The notes under the pieces were generated by a model, which saw nothing but the letters and a program-made list of their open reading frames with translations, did no database searches and was not told the DNA's origin. Below are positions 8,984-19,402 of a stretch of 64,000 nucleotides of DNA, piece after piece. The stretch comes from Candidatus Omnitrophota bacterium. GTDB lineage: Bacteria > Omnitrophota > Gorgyraeia > Duberdicusellales > 4484-171. The position numbers and the translations under genes are program-made. Every line of letters starts with the position of its first letter. The stretch's first letter is position 1. The stretch lies in NCBI GenBank assembly GCA_041652815.1, contig JBAZGN010000004.1:143890-207889 (forward strand). Reading direction: 5' to 3'.

Positions 8984-10648
8984 ATGCGTTACACCGGAGC
9001 ACAAATAATAATTAAATTACTTGAAAGGTATGGGATTCGTATTATTGCAGGCATTCCAGGAGGGGCTAATTTACCGCTCTATAATGCCCTTTATGAGAGT
9101 AAAATCAGGCATATTTTAGTCAGGCATGAGCAAGCTGCGGGTTTTATCGCTCAAGGCATGGCTCGTTCGACCGGCAAGCCTTCGGTTTGTTTTGCTACTT
9201 CCGGCCCCGGTGTTACAAATCTTTTAACGGCAATAGCCGACGCTAAATTGGATTCTATTCCAATAATTGCGATAACCGGGCAGGTGCCAACTGCTTTGAT
9301 AGGTACTGATGCATTCCAGGAAGTTGATACCTATGGAATGACTATCCCTATAACAAAACATAATTTCCTTGTTAAAAATTCGCGAGAACTTTTAACAATT
9401 ATTCCCGAAGCTTTTAATATTGCAACAAGCGGCCGTCCCGGCCCGGTTGCAATTGATGTGCCTAAGGATGTTCAGAACGAGCAGATAGAATTTGATACCT
9501 GGCCAAAAGCTGCTTTGCCTACGCAAAATTGCAAGATTAATGATTTATCAGCAAAAGAAATTGCGCAAACGATTAATGAATCAAAAAAACCTTTGATGTA
9601 CATAGGCGGAGGAATCATTGCGTCAGGTGCGCAAGATTTAGTTTTTAGGCTGGCAAAGAAAAATTCCATACCGGTTGCATTAACCCTTACAGGCTTAGGA
9701 AGTTTTCCTGCTGACAATGAACTTTATCTTGGAATGCTTGGAATGCATGGAGCATCTTACACTAATTTTATAGTCGAGGAGGCGGATTTAATTCTTGCTT
9801 TTGGCGTGCGCTTTGATGACAGAGCTACTGGTTTGTCTCAAAAATTTTGCCGTAATGCAAAAATTATACATATAGATATAGACAACGCTGAAATTAATAA
9901 AATCAAAAAGGCGCATCTTTCTCTTTGCGCAGATATTAACCAGGCCTTAAAGATAGTGATTCCATTAGTGCATAGAAATGATAGGAAAGATTGGCTTTCA
10001 CAAATTGGAAACAAAAAGAAAAAATATTCTATATTTACGTCAAAAGACCCGCTGCATCCGATTAATATAATTAAGGCGATAAGCGGTATGGTTTTTCCGG
10101 ATACAATAATTACAACCGACGTCGGCCAGCATCAAATGTGGGTTGCGCAAAGTTACCCTTTTAAAAAGCCCCGCACCTTGCTTACTTCAGGCGGCTTAGG
10201 CACAATGGGGTTTGGTTTGCCTGCGGCAATTGGAGCGGCTTTGGCAAATCCTAAAAAACGTATAGTTTGTATAAGCGGGGATGGCTCTATCTTAATGAAC
10301 ATCCAAGAATTGGCAACCTTGGCTGAATTAGGCCTTAATGTCACTATTGTAATAATGAACAACGGGCATTTAGGCTTGGTCCGTCAGCAACAGGAATTTT
10401 TTTACGGCAAAAAATATATTGCTTCAAAATTCCTGGCTAAACATTCTTTTAAAAAAATTGCGCAGGCTTTTGGCATGCGCTCTTTCGAATTGGGTTCGGG
10501 GGAGAAAGTGCATTTGATTTTGAAGAAAGCATTAAAGGCCAAAGGGCCCTCGCTGGTTGATATCAGTATCCACCATGCTTGTAATGTTACTCCGATGGTT
10601 AAGCCTGGTAGGTCAAATATAGAGATGATAGGAGGTAGCTATGAGTAA
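8984..10648 (+). CDS. ilvB: acetolactate synthase large subunit (TPP-dependent)
   Basis: N-terminal TPP-enzyme pyrimidine-binding motif (GIPGGANLPLYNAL). FAD-binding middle domain. C-terminal TPP-binding GDG motif (ISGDGSILMNIQELAT...NNGHLG). RBS AAGGAGG at 8967-8973. Confidence 0.9.
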   Translation: MRYTGAQIIIKLLERYGIRIIAGIPGGANLPLYNALYESKIRHILVRHEQAAGFIAQGMARSTGKPSVCFATSGPGVTNLLTAIADAKLDSIPIIAITGQVPTALIGTDAFQEVDTYGMTIPITKHNFLVKNSRELLTIIPEAFNIATSGRPGPVAIDVPKDVQNEQIEFDTWPKAALPTQNCKINDLSAKEIAQTINESKKPLMYIGGGIIASGAQDLVFRLAKKNSIPVALTLTGLGSFPADNELYLGMLGMHGASYTNFIVEEADLILAFGVRFDDRATGLSQKFCRNAKIIHIDIDNAEINKIKKAHLSLCADINQALKIVIPLVHRNDRKDWLSQIGNKKKKYSIFTSKDPLHPINIIKAISGMVFPDTIITTDVGQHQMWVAQSYPFKKPRTLLTSGGLGTMGFGLPAAIGAALANPKKRIVCISGDGSILMNIQELATLAELGLNVTIVIMNNGHLGLVRQQQEFFYGKKYIASKFLAKHSFKKIAQAFGMRSFELGSGEKVHLILKKALKAKGPSLVDISIHHACNVTPMVKPGRSNIEMIGGSYE

Positions 10649-10955
10649 ATTAAAAAATTATATTGTTGAGCTTAAGGTTAATAACCACGCTGGTGTTATG
10701 TCACACATAACCGGCCTATTTTCGCGAAGGAATTTTAACCTTGAAGGAATTTTATGTGTCCCTTTAAAAAAATCTACAAAAAGCCATATCTATTTAATTG
10801 TTAAGCAGGAGGAAAATATCGAGCAGATTATAAAACAACTTCAAAAGCTTTATGATGTTATCAAAGTCCGCCTACTAACAGGAAGTGCTGATATTTTAAT
10901 GCGTAAAATGGCGCGATTATTCAATCTGGGGAATATTTTGAAATTGCAGCGTTAA
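10641..10955 (+). CDS. ilvN: acetolactate synthase small (regulatory, ACT-domain) subunit
   Basis: 104 aa. Near-colinear with E. coli IlvN (ILELTVRNHPGVM vs IVELKVNNHAGVM; FNVEGILCLP vs FNLEGILCVP; KSHIWLLV vs KSHIYLIV). Start overlaps ilvB by 8 nt (translational coupling). Confidence 0.8.
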   Translation: MSKLKNYIVELKVNNHAGVMSHITGLFSRRNFNLEGILCVPLKKSTKSHIYLIVKQEENIEQIIKQLQKLYDVIKVRLLTGSADILMRKMARLFNLGNILKLQR

Positions 10956-10974
10956 AGATGATATAATAATATTA

Positions 10975-12072
10975 ATGAAACAAAAGATATCTATTTATTT
11001 GATGGTAATGTTTTCGGCTTTATCAGTGGTATTTGCAAAAGAAAAGACAGAAGAGCCGCATCCGGCACTTTACTGGCAAGCCGTGGGAGAAAAAGTGGTT
11101 CAGTGCCAGTTATGCCCTAGAAGGTGCATACTGCCACCCGGGCAGCGCGGCATATGCACTGTAAGAATAAATAAAGATGGCAAGCTCTATTCGCTTGGGT
11201 ATGGAAACCCCATAGCAGTGCACGTTGACCCAATCGAAAAAAAACCTTTTTTCCATGTATTGCCTGGAACGCCCGCCTTTTCTATAGCTGTTGCCGGCTG
11301 TAATATGCGATGTCTTTTTTGTCAGAACTGGCAGATATCCCAATCAAAGCCCGATGAAACCGAAAATTACCATATGTCTCCTATGGATGTAGTGAGCGCG
11401 GCAAAGGACGCAGGCTCGCCTTTTATCGTTTATACCTATACTGAACCAACTGTATTTTACGAATACATGCTTGATATATGCAGGCTTGCCAAGGCACAGG
11501 GTTTAAAAAACGGTATGCATAGCTGCGGCTATATAAATGAAGAGCCGTTAAAAGAGCTTCTTAAGTATATGGATGCAGTTAATATTGACTTAAAAGGCTT
11601 CAATAAAGAATTTTATAATAAAATGGGAATGATGGCGGAGTTAGAGCCGGTTTTAGCGACACTTAAAACAATAAGAAAAGAAGGAGTATGGCTTGAAATA
11701 ACCAATCTTATAATTCCCGGGCAGAATGATAATCCGCAAGAGATTCGTAAAATGTGCCTTTGGATTAAAGAAAATCTTGGCGACGAAGTGCCGGTGCATT
11801 TTAGCCGTTTTATGCCGTCTTTTAAACTGCAAAATCTTCCGCCCACGCCAACAGCAAAGCTTGAAGAGGCTTATGATATTGCAAAAGAAGTAGGGTTAAA
11901 GTATGTTTATATCGGTAATGTTCCGGGGCACCCACAGGAAAACACCTATTGTCCGAATTGTAAAAAAGTAGTTGTAGGCAGAATTGGTTACAGCATTCTT
12001 CAAAATAATATTAAAGAAGGTAAGTGTAAGTTTTGTGGATATAAAATTGCAGGAATATGGGAAGATAACTGA
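10975..12072 (+). CDS. AmmeMemoRadiSam-system-type radical SAM enzyme (PFL-activase-like fold)
   Basis: CxxxCxxC radical SAM cluster motif CNMRCLFCQNW. N-terminal CQLCPRRC...C and C-terminal CPNC...CKFC auxiliary cysteine pairs, typical of the TIGR04337-like family. Unusual hydrophobic N-terminus. Confidence 0.7.
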   Translation: MKQKISIYLMVMFSALSVVFAKEKTEEPHPALYWQAVGEKVVQCQLCPRRCILPPGQRGICTVRINKDGKLYSLGYGNPIAVHVDPIEKKPFFHVLPGTPAFSIAVAGCNMRCLFCQNWQISQSKPDETENYHMSPMDVVSAAKDAGSPFIVYTYTEPTVFYEYMLDICRLAKAQGLKNGMHSCGYINEEPLKELLKYMDAVNIDLKGFNKEFYNKMGMMAELEPVLATLKTIRKEGVWLEITNLIIPGQNDNPQEIRKMCLWIKENLGDEVPVHFSRFMPSFKLQNLPPTPTAKLEEAYDIAKEVGLKYVYIGNVPGHPQENTYCPNCKKVVVGRIGYSILQNNIKEGKCKFCGYKIAGIWEDN

Positions 12073-12184
12073 AAACTAATTAGATGCTAGATGCCGGATA
12101 CTAGATGCTAGTAAAAATTTTTGGCAAAAACCTCAACGAGTATCTATCATCCAGTATCGAGTATCCGTTTTGTTTAATTAAACT

Positions 12185-12841
12185 ATGCATGCCACTATAG
12201 TTACTGCTTTTCAACTTTTCGCAATAGGTTTTACTTTTAATATATCCGGCCCGTGTTTTTTGTCCTGTACACCGTTGCTTGCCACATATATTGCCGGAGC
12301 ACAAAGAAAGTTTTGGCGCTCGCTCTTGGATATTTTTATATTTTCCACAGGAAGGCTTTTGGCTTATATCTTACTTGGGTTTTTGGTGGTAGCTTTTATC
12401 GGTTTTTTTAGGCAATTTATTCACGCCGAGACAAAAATATTATTCAATTCTATAGCCGGAATAATAAGCGTATTTCTCGGTTGCCTTATTGTGTTATCAA
12501 GAAACAAAAGTTCCTGGAGTTGTAAATTCTTAGATGGATTTTTCGGCCGAAGTAATATTTTTTTGCTTGGATTTGTAATGGGGGTAATTCCCTGTTTTCC
12601 GCTGACGATATTGTTATTTGAAATCGGTATAATGTCGAAAAATGTGTTGATGGGGATGTTTTATGCATTTTTCTTTGGCCTGGGCACATTTGTATCAACG
12701 ATACTTATCCTTGGCAGCTTTTCAGGGATTTTGTCAGGATTTTTAAATAAAATATTGAAATCAGAAAAATCTAAACTTGTCCTCAGGATAGTATGTGCAA
12801 TTTTGCTTATCGCGCTCGGCGTAAAACTACTTTTTAGATAG
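12185..12841 (+). CDS. DsbD/CcdA-like transmembrane thiol-disulfide transporter family protein
   Basis: Six TM segments. N-terminal FAIGFTFNISGPCFLSCTPLLATYIAG resembles the CcdA signature ([26 protein letters not shown]). Confidence 0.5.
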   Translation: MHATIVTAFQLFAIGFTFNISGPCFLSCTPLLATYIAGAQRKFWRSLLDIFIFSTGRLLAYILLGFLVVAFIGFFRQFIHAETKILFNSIAGIISVFLGCLIVLSRNKSSWSCKFLDGFFGRSNIFLLGFVMGVIPCFPLTILLFEIGIMSKNVLMGMFYAFFFGLGTFVSTILILGSFSGILSGFLNKILKSEKSKLVLRIVCAILLIALGVKLLFR

Positions 12842-12888
12842 TAGATATCTATTTGCTCAACCGCCATCCGTCATCTTAGCTTAAGTTT

Positions 12889-15186
12889 ATGAATAAACAT
12901 TTAAATCGCATAATTGGTTTTTCAATAATTCTTTCCGGATTTGTCGCTCTTAGCACACAAATTGTATTTATAAGAGAATTCCTGGTTGTTTTTTACGGAA
13001 ACGAATTGTCTATCGGTTTTATTTTCGCAAGCTGGCTGATTTCAGTCGCAATCGGAAGTTTCACGTTCGGTATTTTTTCTAGACGAATAACACAGAAAGT
13101 TACTTTATTTTCATTGTGCCTTATTGCTTTAAGCTTGTTTCTGCCTGTTTGTCTTGTCTTCATACGCCTTTCTAAAACAATAATGAATTTCAATGTAGGA
13201 GAAATAGTTTCACTATTTCCTATTGCCGCAGCAAGCTTTGTATTACTTTTTCCTGTGTGTATATTTTTCGGATATATGTTTGCGCTTGCCTGTAACCTTT
13301 ATGCCACAAAGATTAAAGCTATTTCCGGTAAAATTTCCGGCGTATATATTCTGGAAGCAATAGGTTCAGGTATTGCAGGAATATTAGTTAGTTTTTTTCT
13401 TGTGCGCTTGTTTGATTCGCTTGAAATTATCGTATTTCTGTCTATTTTTAGCCTTATCTTTGCGCTTTTTTTGGTTTTCTTTTCTCAAGAACGTTTCCGG
13501 AAAGCTTTTATGGCGATTTGTGCTGCGCTTATTATTGCGTTTTCTCTATTGCTAATGGTTTCCGGAATTGAAAAGATTAATTCTTATGTATCCAGTATTC
13601 AATGGAAAGGATATAAGGTTATTGATTCAAAAAATTCAATCTATGCAAATATAACCGTAGCAAAGCGCGGCAGCCAAATAGTATTTTTTGAAAACGGGCT
13701 TTTGTCTGCCGCGATACCGGACAACAAAATGATTGCCGAGGAGAGCGTGCATTTTGCTTTACTTATGCACCCGAATCCTAAAACTGTTCTTTTAATTGGG
13801 GGAGGTATTGGGGGATTGCTTGATGAAATCTTAAAATATCCGGTTAAGCAGGTTGATTACCTTGAAATAGACCCGTTAATTATTAATCTTGCAAAAAAAC
13901 ACCTTCCGCAAGATTTTCGTAATGGCTTAAACGACAAAAAAGTAAACATAAAAAATATTGATGCCAGATTTTTCGTAAAATCAGGAAAAGCAAAATATGA
14001 TTGCATCCTTATTCATGCTGGCTCTCCGTTAAGCGCCCAAATAAACCGCTACTATACCGTTGAGTTTTTTGGGCAGCTTAAGAATATGCTTAACGATAAA
14101 GGCGTTGTTTCTTTTTCACTTAATTCCTCAGAAAACTATCTAAACCGGGAATTGAAATATTTTTTACAATCAATCTATGCTTCACTTAACCAAAATTTTT
14201 CCGATATAAAAATAATTCCCGCAGATACGACATATTTCATAGCTTCAAACCGCAAAGATTACTTAACTTATGACTATAAGGAAATTTTGAAACGCTTAAA
14301 TGAGCGAAATATTGATACAAAATATGTCAGAGAATATTATTTATTTTCCAAATTATCCGCGCAGAGGATTTCATACATTGAAAATGTTTTAAAAGAAAAG
14401 AACAATGCTGCACCAAATTATGATTTAAAGCCAACTGGATATTTTTATAACCTGGTATTCTGGACAACGTATTTTAAGGATTCAGTATTTACCTGGCTTC
14501 TAAAATCAGTAAATGCGCTAAATGTGTGGATGATTTTTGCAGGTTTTGTGCTTCTTACAGGCCTTGTCGGATTTGGGAGATTAAAATATATTAGTTTTCG
14601 AAATGAAGTCAGCCTTTTTTCTGTGGCAGTTACAGGCTTTAGCGCAATGGCTATTCAAATTGTAATTTTGCTTACTTTTCAAATTATCTATGGTTATTTG
14701 TTTTACAAATTAGGTTTTATCTTAAGCGCGTTTATGGCCGGGCTTGTATTAGGCAGTTATTGCGCTGTAGAGTTTTCAATCTTTAAAGAAGCGTTTAAGG
14801 CACTTAGGTTAATGCAATTTCTAATTTTTGTGTACGCGTTAATTTTGCCTTTTATTTTTAATTTACTTATTAACACAAAATCTTCCTCAATAAACAAATT
14901 AGGCGAAAATGTAATCTTCATACTGCTTCCGGCAATTTGCGGTATTTTGTGTGGTGCGCAATTTTCTTACGTGAATAAGGTTTGCTTGAAAAGAGAAGAA
15001 GATTGCGCGAGAATCGGCGGCTTAACTTATGCCTTGGATCTTTTCGGCTCTTGTATCGCTGCTTTTGCAACTGCTATTTTTCTAATCCCCGTGATAGGTG
15101 TCTTGCAGACTTGTTTATTGATAGCAGGAATGAATTTATTTGTTTGGTTTCTTTTATTATCCGGCTCCGCCAGTAAAAGCAGATAG
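12889..15186 (+). CDS. large polytopic membrane protein fused to a spermidine-synthase-like (aminopropyl/methyltransferase-fold) domain
   Basis: About 7 N-terminal and about 6 C-terminal TM helices. Central soluble domain with Rossmann-like LLIGGGIGGLLDEI...VDYLEIDPLII characteristic of spermidine synthase / PABS. Confidence 0.7.
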   Translation: MNKHLNRIIGFSIILSGFVALSTQIVFIREFLVVFYGNELSIGFIFASWLISVAIGSFTFGIFSRRITQKVTLFSLCLIALSLFLPVCLVFIRLSKTIMNFNVGEIVSLFPIAAASFVLLFPVCIFFGYMFALACNLYATKIKAISGKISGVYILEAIGSGIAGILVSFFLVRLFDSLEIIVFLSIFSLIFALFLVFFSQERFRKAFMAICAALIIAFSLLLMVSGIEKINSYVSSIQWKGYKVIDSKNSIYANITVAKRGSQIVFFENGLLSAAIPDNKMIAEESVHFALLMHPNPKTVLLIGGGIGGLLDEILKYPVKQVDYLEIDPLIINLAKKHLPQDFRNGLNDKKVNIKNIDARFFVKSGKAKYDCILIHAGSPLSAQINRYYTVEFFGQLKNMLNDKGVVSFSLNSSENYLNRELKYFLQSIYASLNQNFSDIKIIPADTTYFIASNRKDYLTYDYKEILKRLNERNIDTKYVREYYLFSKLSAQRISYIENVLKEKNNAAPNYDLKPTGYFYNLVFWTTYFKDSVFTWLLKSVNALNVWMIFAGFVLLTGLVGFGRLKYISFRNEVSLFSVAVTGFSAMAIQIVILLTFQIIYGYLFYKLGFILSAFMAGLVLGSYCAVEFSIFKEAFKALRLMQFLIFVYALILPFIFNLLINTKSSSINKLGENVIFILLPAICGILCGAQFSYVNKVCLKREEDCARIGGLTYALDLFGSCIAAFATAIFLIPVIGVLQTCLLIAGMNLFVWFLLLSGSASKSR

Positions 15187-15198
15187 AATCACTAAAAT

Positions 15199-15597
15199 TT
15201 ATAATTTAACCAGCCGTATCGCCCAGGTTATGACTACAACAAATGCAAATAAATAAGCCCAGGCTTTATACTGTAACCATAATGGAATTTTCTTAAAGCA
15301 TAAATAAATAATTATTACAGCCAGTAATATCATTGAAAGGGGATTAAAGGAAATTGCTTTCATAATTTTTAGCTGGCCTAGCGCTAAAAATGCTCTTGTG
15401 GTGCCGCAAAAAGGGCAATTGAAGCCGGTTAGAAGATGAAATAAACAAAAATGTGTTTTTGGTAAAAGTTCAAGGAAGTCTATTCTAAAAAAGTATAAAG
15501 CGATGCCTGAAGCAAAAGAACATAACAGTATACCGCTGGCAATAGTGCGAAGGATTAGAGAAGGGGATATGGCTATTTTTTTCATTTTTTTAAACAC
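15199..15597 (-). CDS. DUF2752-family membrane protein
   Basis: CPFCGTTRA motif diagnostic of DUF2752. Four TM segments. Confidence 0.6.
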   Translation of the reverse strand: MFKKMKKIAISPSLILRTIASGILLCSFASGIALYFFRIDFLELLPKTHFCLFHLLTGFNCPFCGTTRAFLALGQLKIMKAISFNPLSMILLAVIIIYLCFKKIPLWLQYKAWAYLFAFVVVITWAIRLVKL

Positions 15598-15640
15598 GAA
15601 TTGCTACTAATTTGTTTCTAATTTGTGGTCATTCATGTTA

Positions 15641-16003
15641 TTACCTACCAAAATATTTCTTAGTTTCCGGTTTTATCCAGAAAATAAGCAAAGGTATGGT
15701 TATGGGTAAGCAACAACAGCTGGTCATTCCGAAACAAATTAATACCAAATCATATACCCACACGCCTGGCCCGGGCTTAAGAAACAGCGCTATCAAATAA
15801 GCGAAAAAGAAAATTAAGCCGAAAATTGAGTAAAGCGGGCCAAAGAACGTAGCCGTAGCCATTCTTTCGCTGCTACCAGCTAATTCAGCAAGTTTCGGAT
15901 ACATAAATCCCATGCCTGTTACAAACAAATACAACACGCACATTAAAATGCAATAAGCAACAAACCATGGATACACCTTAGGCCTAGCCACCTGCATTTC
16001 CAT
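15641..16003 (-). CDS. hypothetical 4-TM membrane protein
   Basis: 120 aa, hydrophobic, no family recognised. Convergent with the upstream gene. Confidence 0.35.
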   Translation of the reverse strand: MEMQVARPKVYPWFVAYCILMCVLYLFVTGMGFMYPKLAELAGSSERMATATFFGPLYSIFGLIFFFAYLIALFLKPGPGVWVYDLVLICFGMTSCCCLPITIPLLIFWIKPETKKYFGR

Positions 16004-16201
16004 CTTCCACCTCCCTGTGTGTTTCTATAGTAAAAATTAAGTTTCAGATTTCTTGTACTTAACTTACATATCCAAAATATATCACTTTTACCTGCGAATT
16101 CAAGGGGGTTGTATAATCTAATGTTTATATTATAATATCATTACGTGTAGCTATTAAATTTGTGGGAATTCGTCCCAGATTCATGGCTATTCGTGTAAAA
16201 T

Positions 16202-16579
16202 ATGCCTAAACAACTACTTCTAGTCGGTGACAAAGTGCTAATTGAGCCTGATGAGGGCGAAAAGACTGAATCAGGGCTTTATCTTCCGCAAAACGTCCGG
16301 GAAAAAGAAAAGGTCCAAACAGGAAAAATCGTTCAGATTGGGCCAGGATACCCGGTTTATGACCCTGCGCTTCTCGAAGATGAACCCTGGGCTGGCAACA
16401 CTCCAAAAAAGAAATATTTTCCGCTTCAAGCAAAAACAGGGGATTACTGCATATTTTTACGCGACCAGGCAATAGAAATTACTTTCAATAAAAAAAACTA
16501 TATGGTTGCTTCGCAATCAGCGATTCTTGTGCTGATAAGAAACTCCGGAAACACAGGGATAGGTGCGGTTGAATCATAA
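16202..16579 (+). CDS. GroES/Cpn10-fold protein (stand-alone, extended)
   Basis: N-terminus LLLVGDKVLIEP...ESGLYLP...KVQTGKIVQIGPG aligns with GroES (LHDRVIVKR...AGGIVLT...STRGEVLAVGNG). 125 aa. No groEL adjacent. Confidence 0.5.
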   Translation: MPKQLLLVGDKVLIEPDEGEKTESGLYLPQNVREKEKVQTGKIVQIGPGYPVYDPALLEDEPWAGNTPKKKYFPLQAKTGDYCIFLRDQAIEITFNKKNYMVASQSAILVLIRNSGNTGIGAVES

Positions 16580-16676
16580 TTCTTGGCGATCACTTCTTTA
16601 AATTGGTCACAAATTTTAATGCTATAGCAATGAAATTTGTGACATCGTCAAACTCATAGGAACATAGGAATTAGAT

Positions 16677-17351
16677 ATGCGAAAGATAAAATACTTAACG
16701 ATTCTTATCCTAATAATAGCCTTGGGTTTTGTTTTCTATCATTTTGGCCTCAGGTATTTTATTGAAAATCAGATTTTAAAACAGGTTATCAGCCGTTTAA
16801 ACGCTGATTCGCGCGTTGCGCAGGTTATGGTTACTAACGTAAAGCACGACATGCTTGCAAATCGCGATTTTACTACTATAAAATTCGTTGAGTTTGATGT
16901 TAAAGGCAAACCACTTACGCCAAAATATTTTACTTTTACCGGAAATCTGATTCAGTTTCAGTCAATGGTTATACGCTTTAATGATTCTTATGTTGAGGCG
17001 GGAGACAGCCTGCGTGGAAAAAGTATTTATCTTTTCTGGAAAGTATTTATGCTGAATGACAAAAATACCGAGGTTTTTGATTTGGCAAACGTAAACGAAG
17101 TTCCAAGAGGGTATAAAATTTCAAATTCACGAAACCGTTTTGAAGAAAAAATCTGGAAAAATTTCTGGGGGTATGCCCTTAGTTCAAGAGCGGGGTTAAG
17201 TAAAGGTATTAAAAATGCCCAGATAGAAGCCCCAGGCACAAAGTTCATACCCGGCGTAATTTACACCATTAAAATAGAGCATGACGGTGGCCTGCGTATA
17301 GATACATCTGATATCCCCGAAATATTAAAAGGGGAAAAAGTCCCTTCCTGA
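16677..17351 (+). CDS. hypothetical membrane-anchored protein
   Basis: N-terminal signal anchor (LTILILIIALGFVFYHF). 224 aa. No family recognised. Confidence 0.4.
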   Translation: MRKIKYLTILILIIALGFVFYHFGLRYFIENQILKQVISRLNADSRVAQVMVTNVKHDMLANRDFTTIKFVEFDVKGKPLTPKYFTFTGNLIQFQSMVIRFNDSYVEAGDSLRGKSIYLFWKVFMLNDKNTEVFDLANVNEVPRGYKISNSRNRFEEKIWKNFWGYALSSRAGLSKGIKNAQIEAPGTKFIPGVIYTIKIEHDGGLRIDTSDIPEILKGEKVPS

Positions 17352-17354
17352 AAG

Positions 17355-18170
17355 ATGCTCAATAAGCTGATGCTTCGAGTTATCATCTATATAATATTGG
17401 GAATAGTTTCGCTTGCAATTTACGTAAAATATCTTGAGCAAAGAAATCTATTCTTCCCCTTTAGAGAAATCAACTACACTCCGCAAGAAATCGGCCTTTC
17501 TTACGAAGATATTTATTTTGCAACTCAGGATAACAAAAAGATAAATGGCTGGTTTATCCCGTCTAAAAACGCAAAGTACGCTATCTTGTTTTTCCACGGA
17601 AACGCCGGTAATATCAGCCACAGGCTGGATAAAATAAAAATTTTTCACGATTTAGGTTTAAATATTTTTATAATTGACTACAGAGGATATGGAAACAGCG
17701 AAGGTAAACCCTCGGAAACAGGGTTTTATCTTGACGCAAGAGCTTCCTATGGTTATCTTATTGATAAACTTAAGATAAAACCATCCTCGATAATACTTTA
17801 CGGAGAATCATTAGGCGGGGCAGTTGCATTTGAATTGGCTACGCAGGTTGATGTATTGGCAATTATAACCGAAGAAACATTCAGTAGCGTGCGTGATGTT
17901 GCAAAAGATATATACCCGTTTTTGCCATCTTTTTTTGTCGGCGATAAATTTAATTCTGTATCCCGAATAGGAAAATTGACTATTCCAAAATTGATTGTCC
18001 ACAGTAAAGACGATGAAATGATTCCTTTTAAACACGCGCAAAAGTTATACGAATCCGCAAAGGATCCGAAGATGCTCGTAGCTATCAGCGGAAGCCACAA
18101 CAGCGCATTTCTTGATTCAGGGAAAGATTATAAAAATCATATCCGGGAATTCATAGAAGGGCTTAAGTAA
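17355..18170 (+). CDS. alpha/beta-hydrolase (BEM46-like, membrane-anchored serine hydrolase)
   Basis: N-terminal TM segment. Oxyanion HGNAGN motif. Nucleophile elbow GESLGGAVA. Asp/His near the C-terminus (KDDEMIP...GSHN). Confidence 0.75.
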   Translation: MLNKLMLRVIIYIILGIVSLAIYVKYLEQRNLFFPFREINYTPQEIGLSYEDIYFATQDNKKINGWFIPSKNAKYAILFFHGNAGNISHRLDKIKIFHDLGLNIFIIDYRGYGNSEGKPSETGFYLDARASYGYLIDKLKIKPSSIILYGESLGGAVAFELATQVDVLAIITEETFSSVRDVAKDIYPFLPSFFVGDKFNSVSRIGKLTIPKLIVHSKDDEMIPFKHAQKLYESAKDPKMLVAISGSHNSAFLDSGKDYKNHIREFIEGLK

Positions 18171-19315
18171 TGATGGGTAAAATATTTAAAATTTTTCTAT
18201 TTGTTTCGATAATATTAATTTTATCGCTAATTGGTTTTAGAAATCATATCTTTAAAATTTACCTTGAAAGTTATGCAAGTAAAAGCTTAAAGGCAGAATT
18301 TAAAATCAAAAAGGCAAACTTATGGTTTAATTCTGTAAGCATTGAAGGTGCCGCGGTAAACGCTAAAGATTTTAATGTAATTGCAAAAAACATAACAATA
18401 AAATTTAAGGCTCAAAAGGAAAAGCCATATCTTTATCTTAGCGATGTTATTTTATCGGATGTTACTTTAAAAATAAAGTCGCTTGAAAATCTAAAGAACG
18501 CTTCGGGTAAAAAATCAACCCTCGCTGGGTTTCCGTTTTTTGCTAAACCACTCCGGTTAAATTTACAAAATATAAATATTGCGTTAAAGGATAAATCTTT
18601 GGAGATAAATTCAAGTTTCTCAATTATTGCCGATATGAACTCGGCTACATTTTTTATAAATGATGCAAGCGTCGCTAACCTTGATATTAGCTCGCAGGAT
18701 TTCGAAATCTCTAATTTGAGCCTTAATAAATTTAGAAAAAACAAATATTTGCTTAAAATCCCAAGCCTAAGGATTAAAGATAAAAGGTTTACAGATTTCC
18801 TTATACCCGTAAAGTCAAATGTAAACCAACTGCTTTTTCCAAGAGCGAAAAATCAATTTTTAGGCGCGAACGCGTTAGTGAGCGCGAAATGCGATTTTGC
18901 AGAGTATGATAAATTTTGTTTTGCTGCTAAATTCCAGGACGCTTCATTCGAGAAGATGGTTGACATATTTGCTTCTGAAGAAGCCTCTTTCAAGGGGTTA
19001 TTCGACGGTGCGCTGAAGGCTTGCGTAAGCGCATTCAGGATAAGTGAAATCAAGGCAGACTTTAAGAACAAAGGAAATGGTTTCATAAACGTAAAAAAAG
19101 AATCTTCGTTTGCGTTTTTAAAAACCTATCTTGATGCCGCTTCTTACAATGCTTTGATTGATAATTTCAAGAATTATGAGTATAATATAGGAATTATCAG
19201 TGCTAAGAAAGAAGCTAGCGCATTAAACCTTAATCTGGATTTTACGTCGGATACAATGGGTAAAAGGAATATAACTGTCAATTTGCATGACATTTTAGGC
19301 AGTGGCAAGCAATAA
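18170..19315 (+). CDS. hypothetical membrane-anchored periplasmic protein
   Basis: 381 aa with N-terminal TM. Low-complexity beta-rich sequence. No family recognised. Start overlaps the upstream stop (TAATG). Confidence 0.4.
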   Translation: MMGKIFKIFLFVSIILILSLIGFRNHIFKIYLESYASKSLKAEFKIKKANLWFNSVSIEGAAVNAKDFNVIAKNITIKFKAQKEKPYLYLSDVILSDVTLKIKSLENLKNASGKKSTLAGFPFFAKPLRLNLQNINIALKDKSLEINSSFSIIADMNSATFFINDASVANLDISSQDFEISNLSLNKFRKNKYLLKIPSLRIKDKRFTDFLIPVKSNVNQLLFPRAKNQFLGANALVSAKCDFAEYDKFCFAAKFQDASFEKMVDIFASEEASFKGLFDGALKACVSAFRISEIKADFKNKGNGFINVKKESSFAFLKTYLDAASYNALIDNFKNYEYNIGIISAKKEASALNLNLDFTSDTMGKRNITVNLHDILGSGKQ

Positions 19316-19330
19316 GAATCTTTAATTTTA

Positions 19331-19380
19331 GGTTACGAAGGTTATAATAAATGAAAGGTTGAAATTTAGCTTCCGTAACC
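19331..19380. repeat. partial copy of palindromic repeat family 4 (GGTTACGAAGG...CTTCCGTAACC)
   Basis: Shares the 11-14 bp arms with the nested palindrome at 35812-35915. Confidence 0.5.
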
Positions 19381-19402
19381 TGCAATGTAATGGAGGTATG
19401 CA

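Noticed and set aside
12076-12112. Tandem CTAGATGC x3 (TAGATGCTAGATGCCGGATACTAGATGCTAG) after the radical SAM gene
   Set aside because: Only three short units. Probably slippage or a terminator region variant. No further copies seen in the window.
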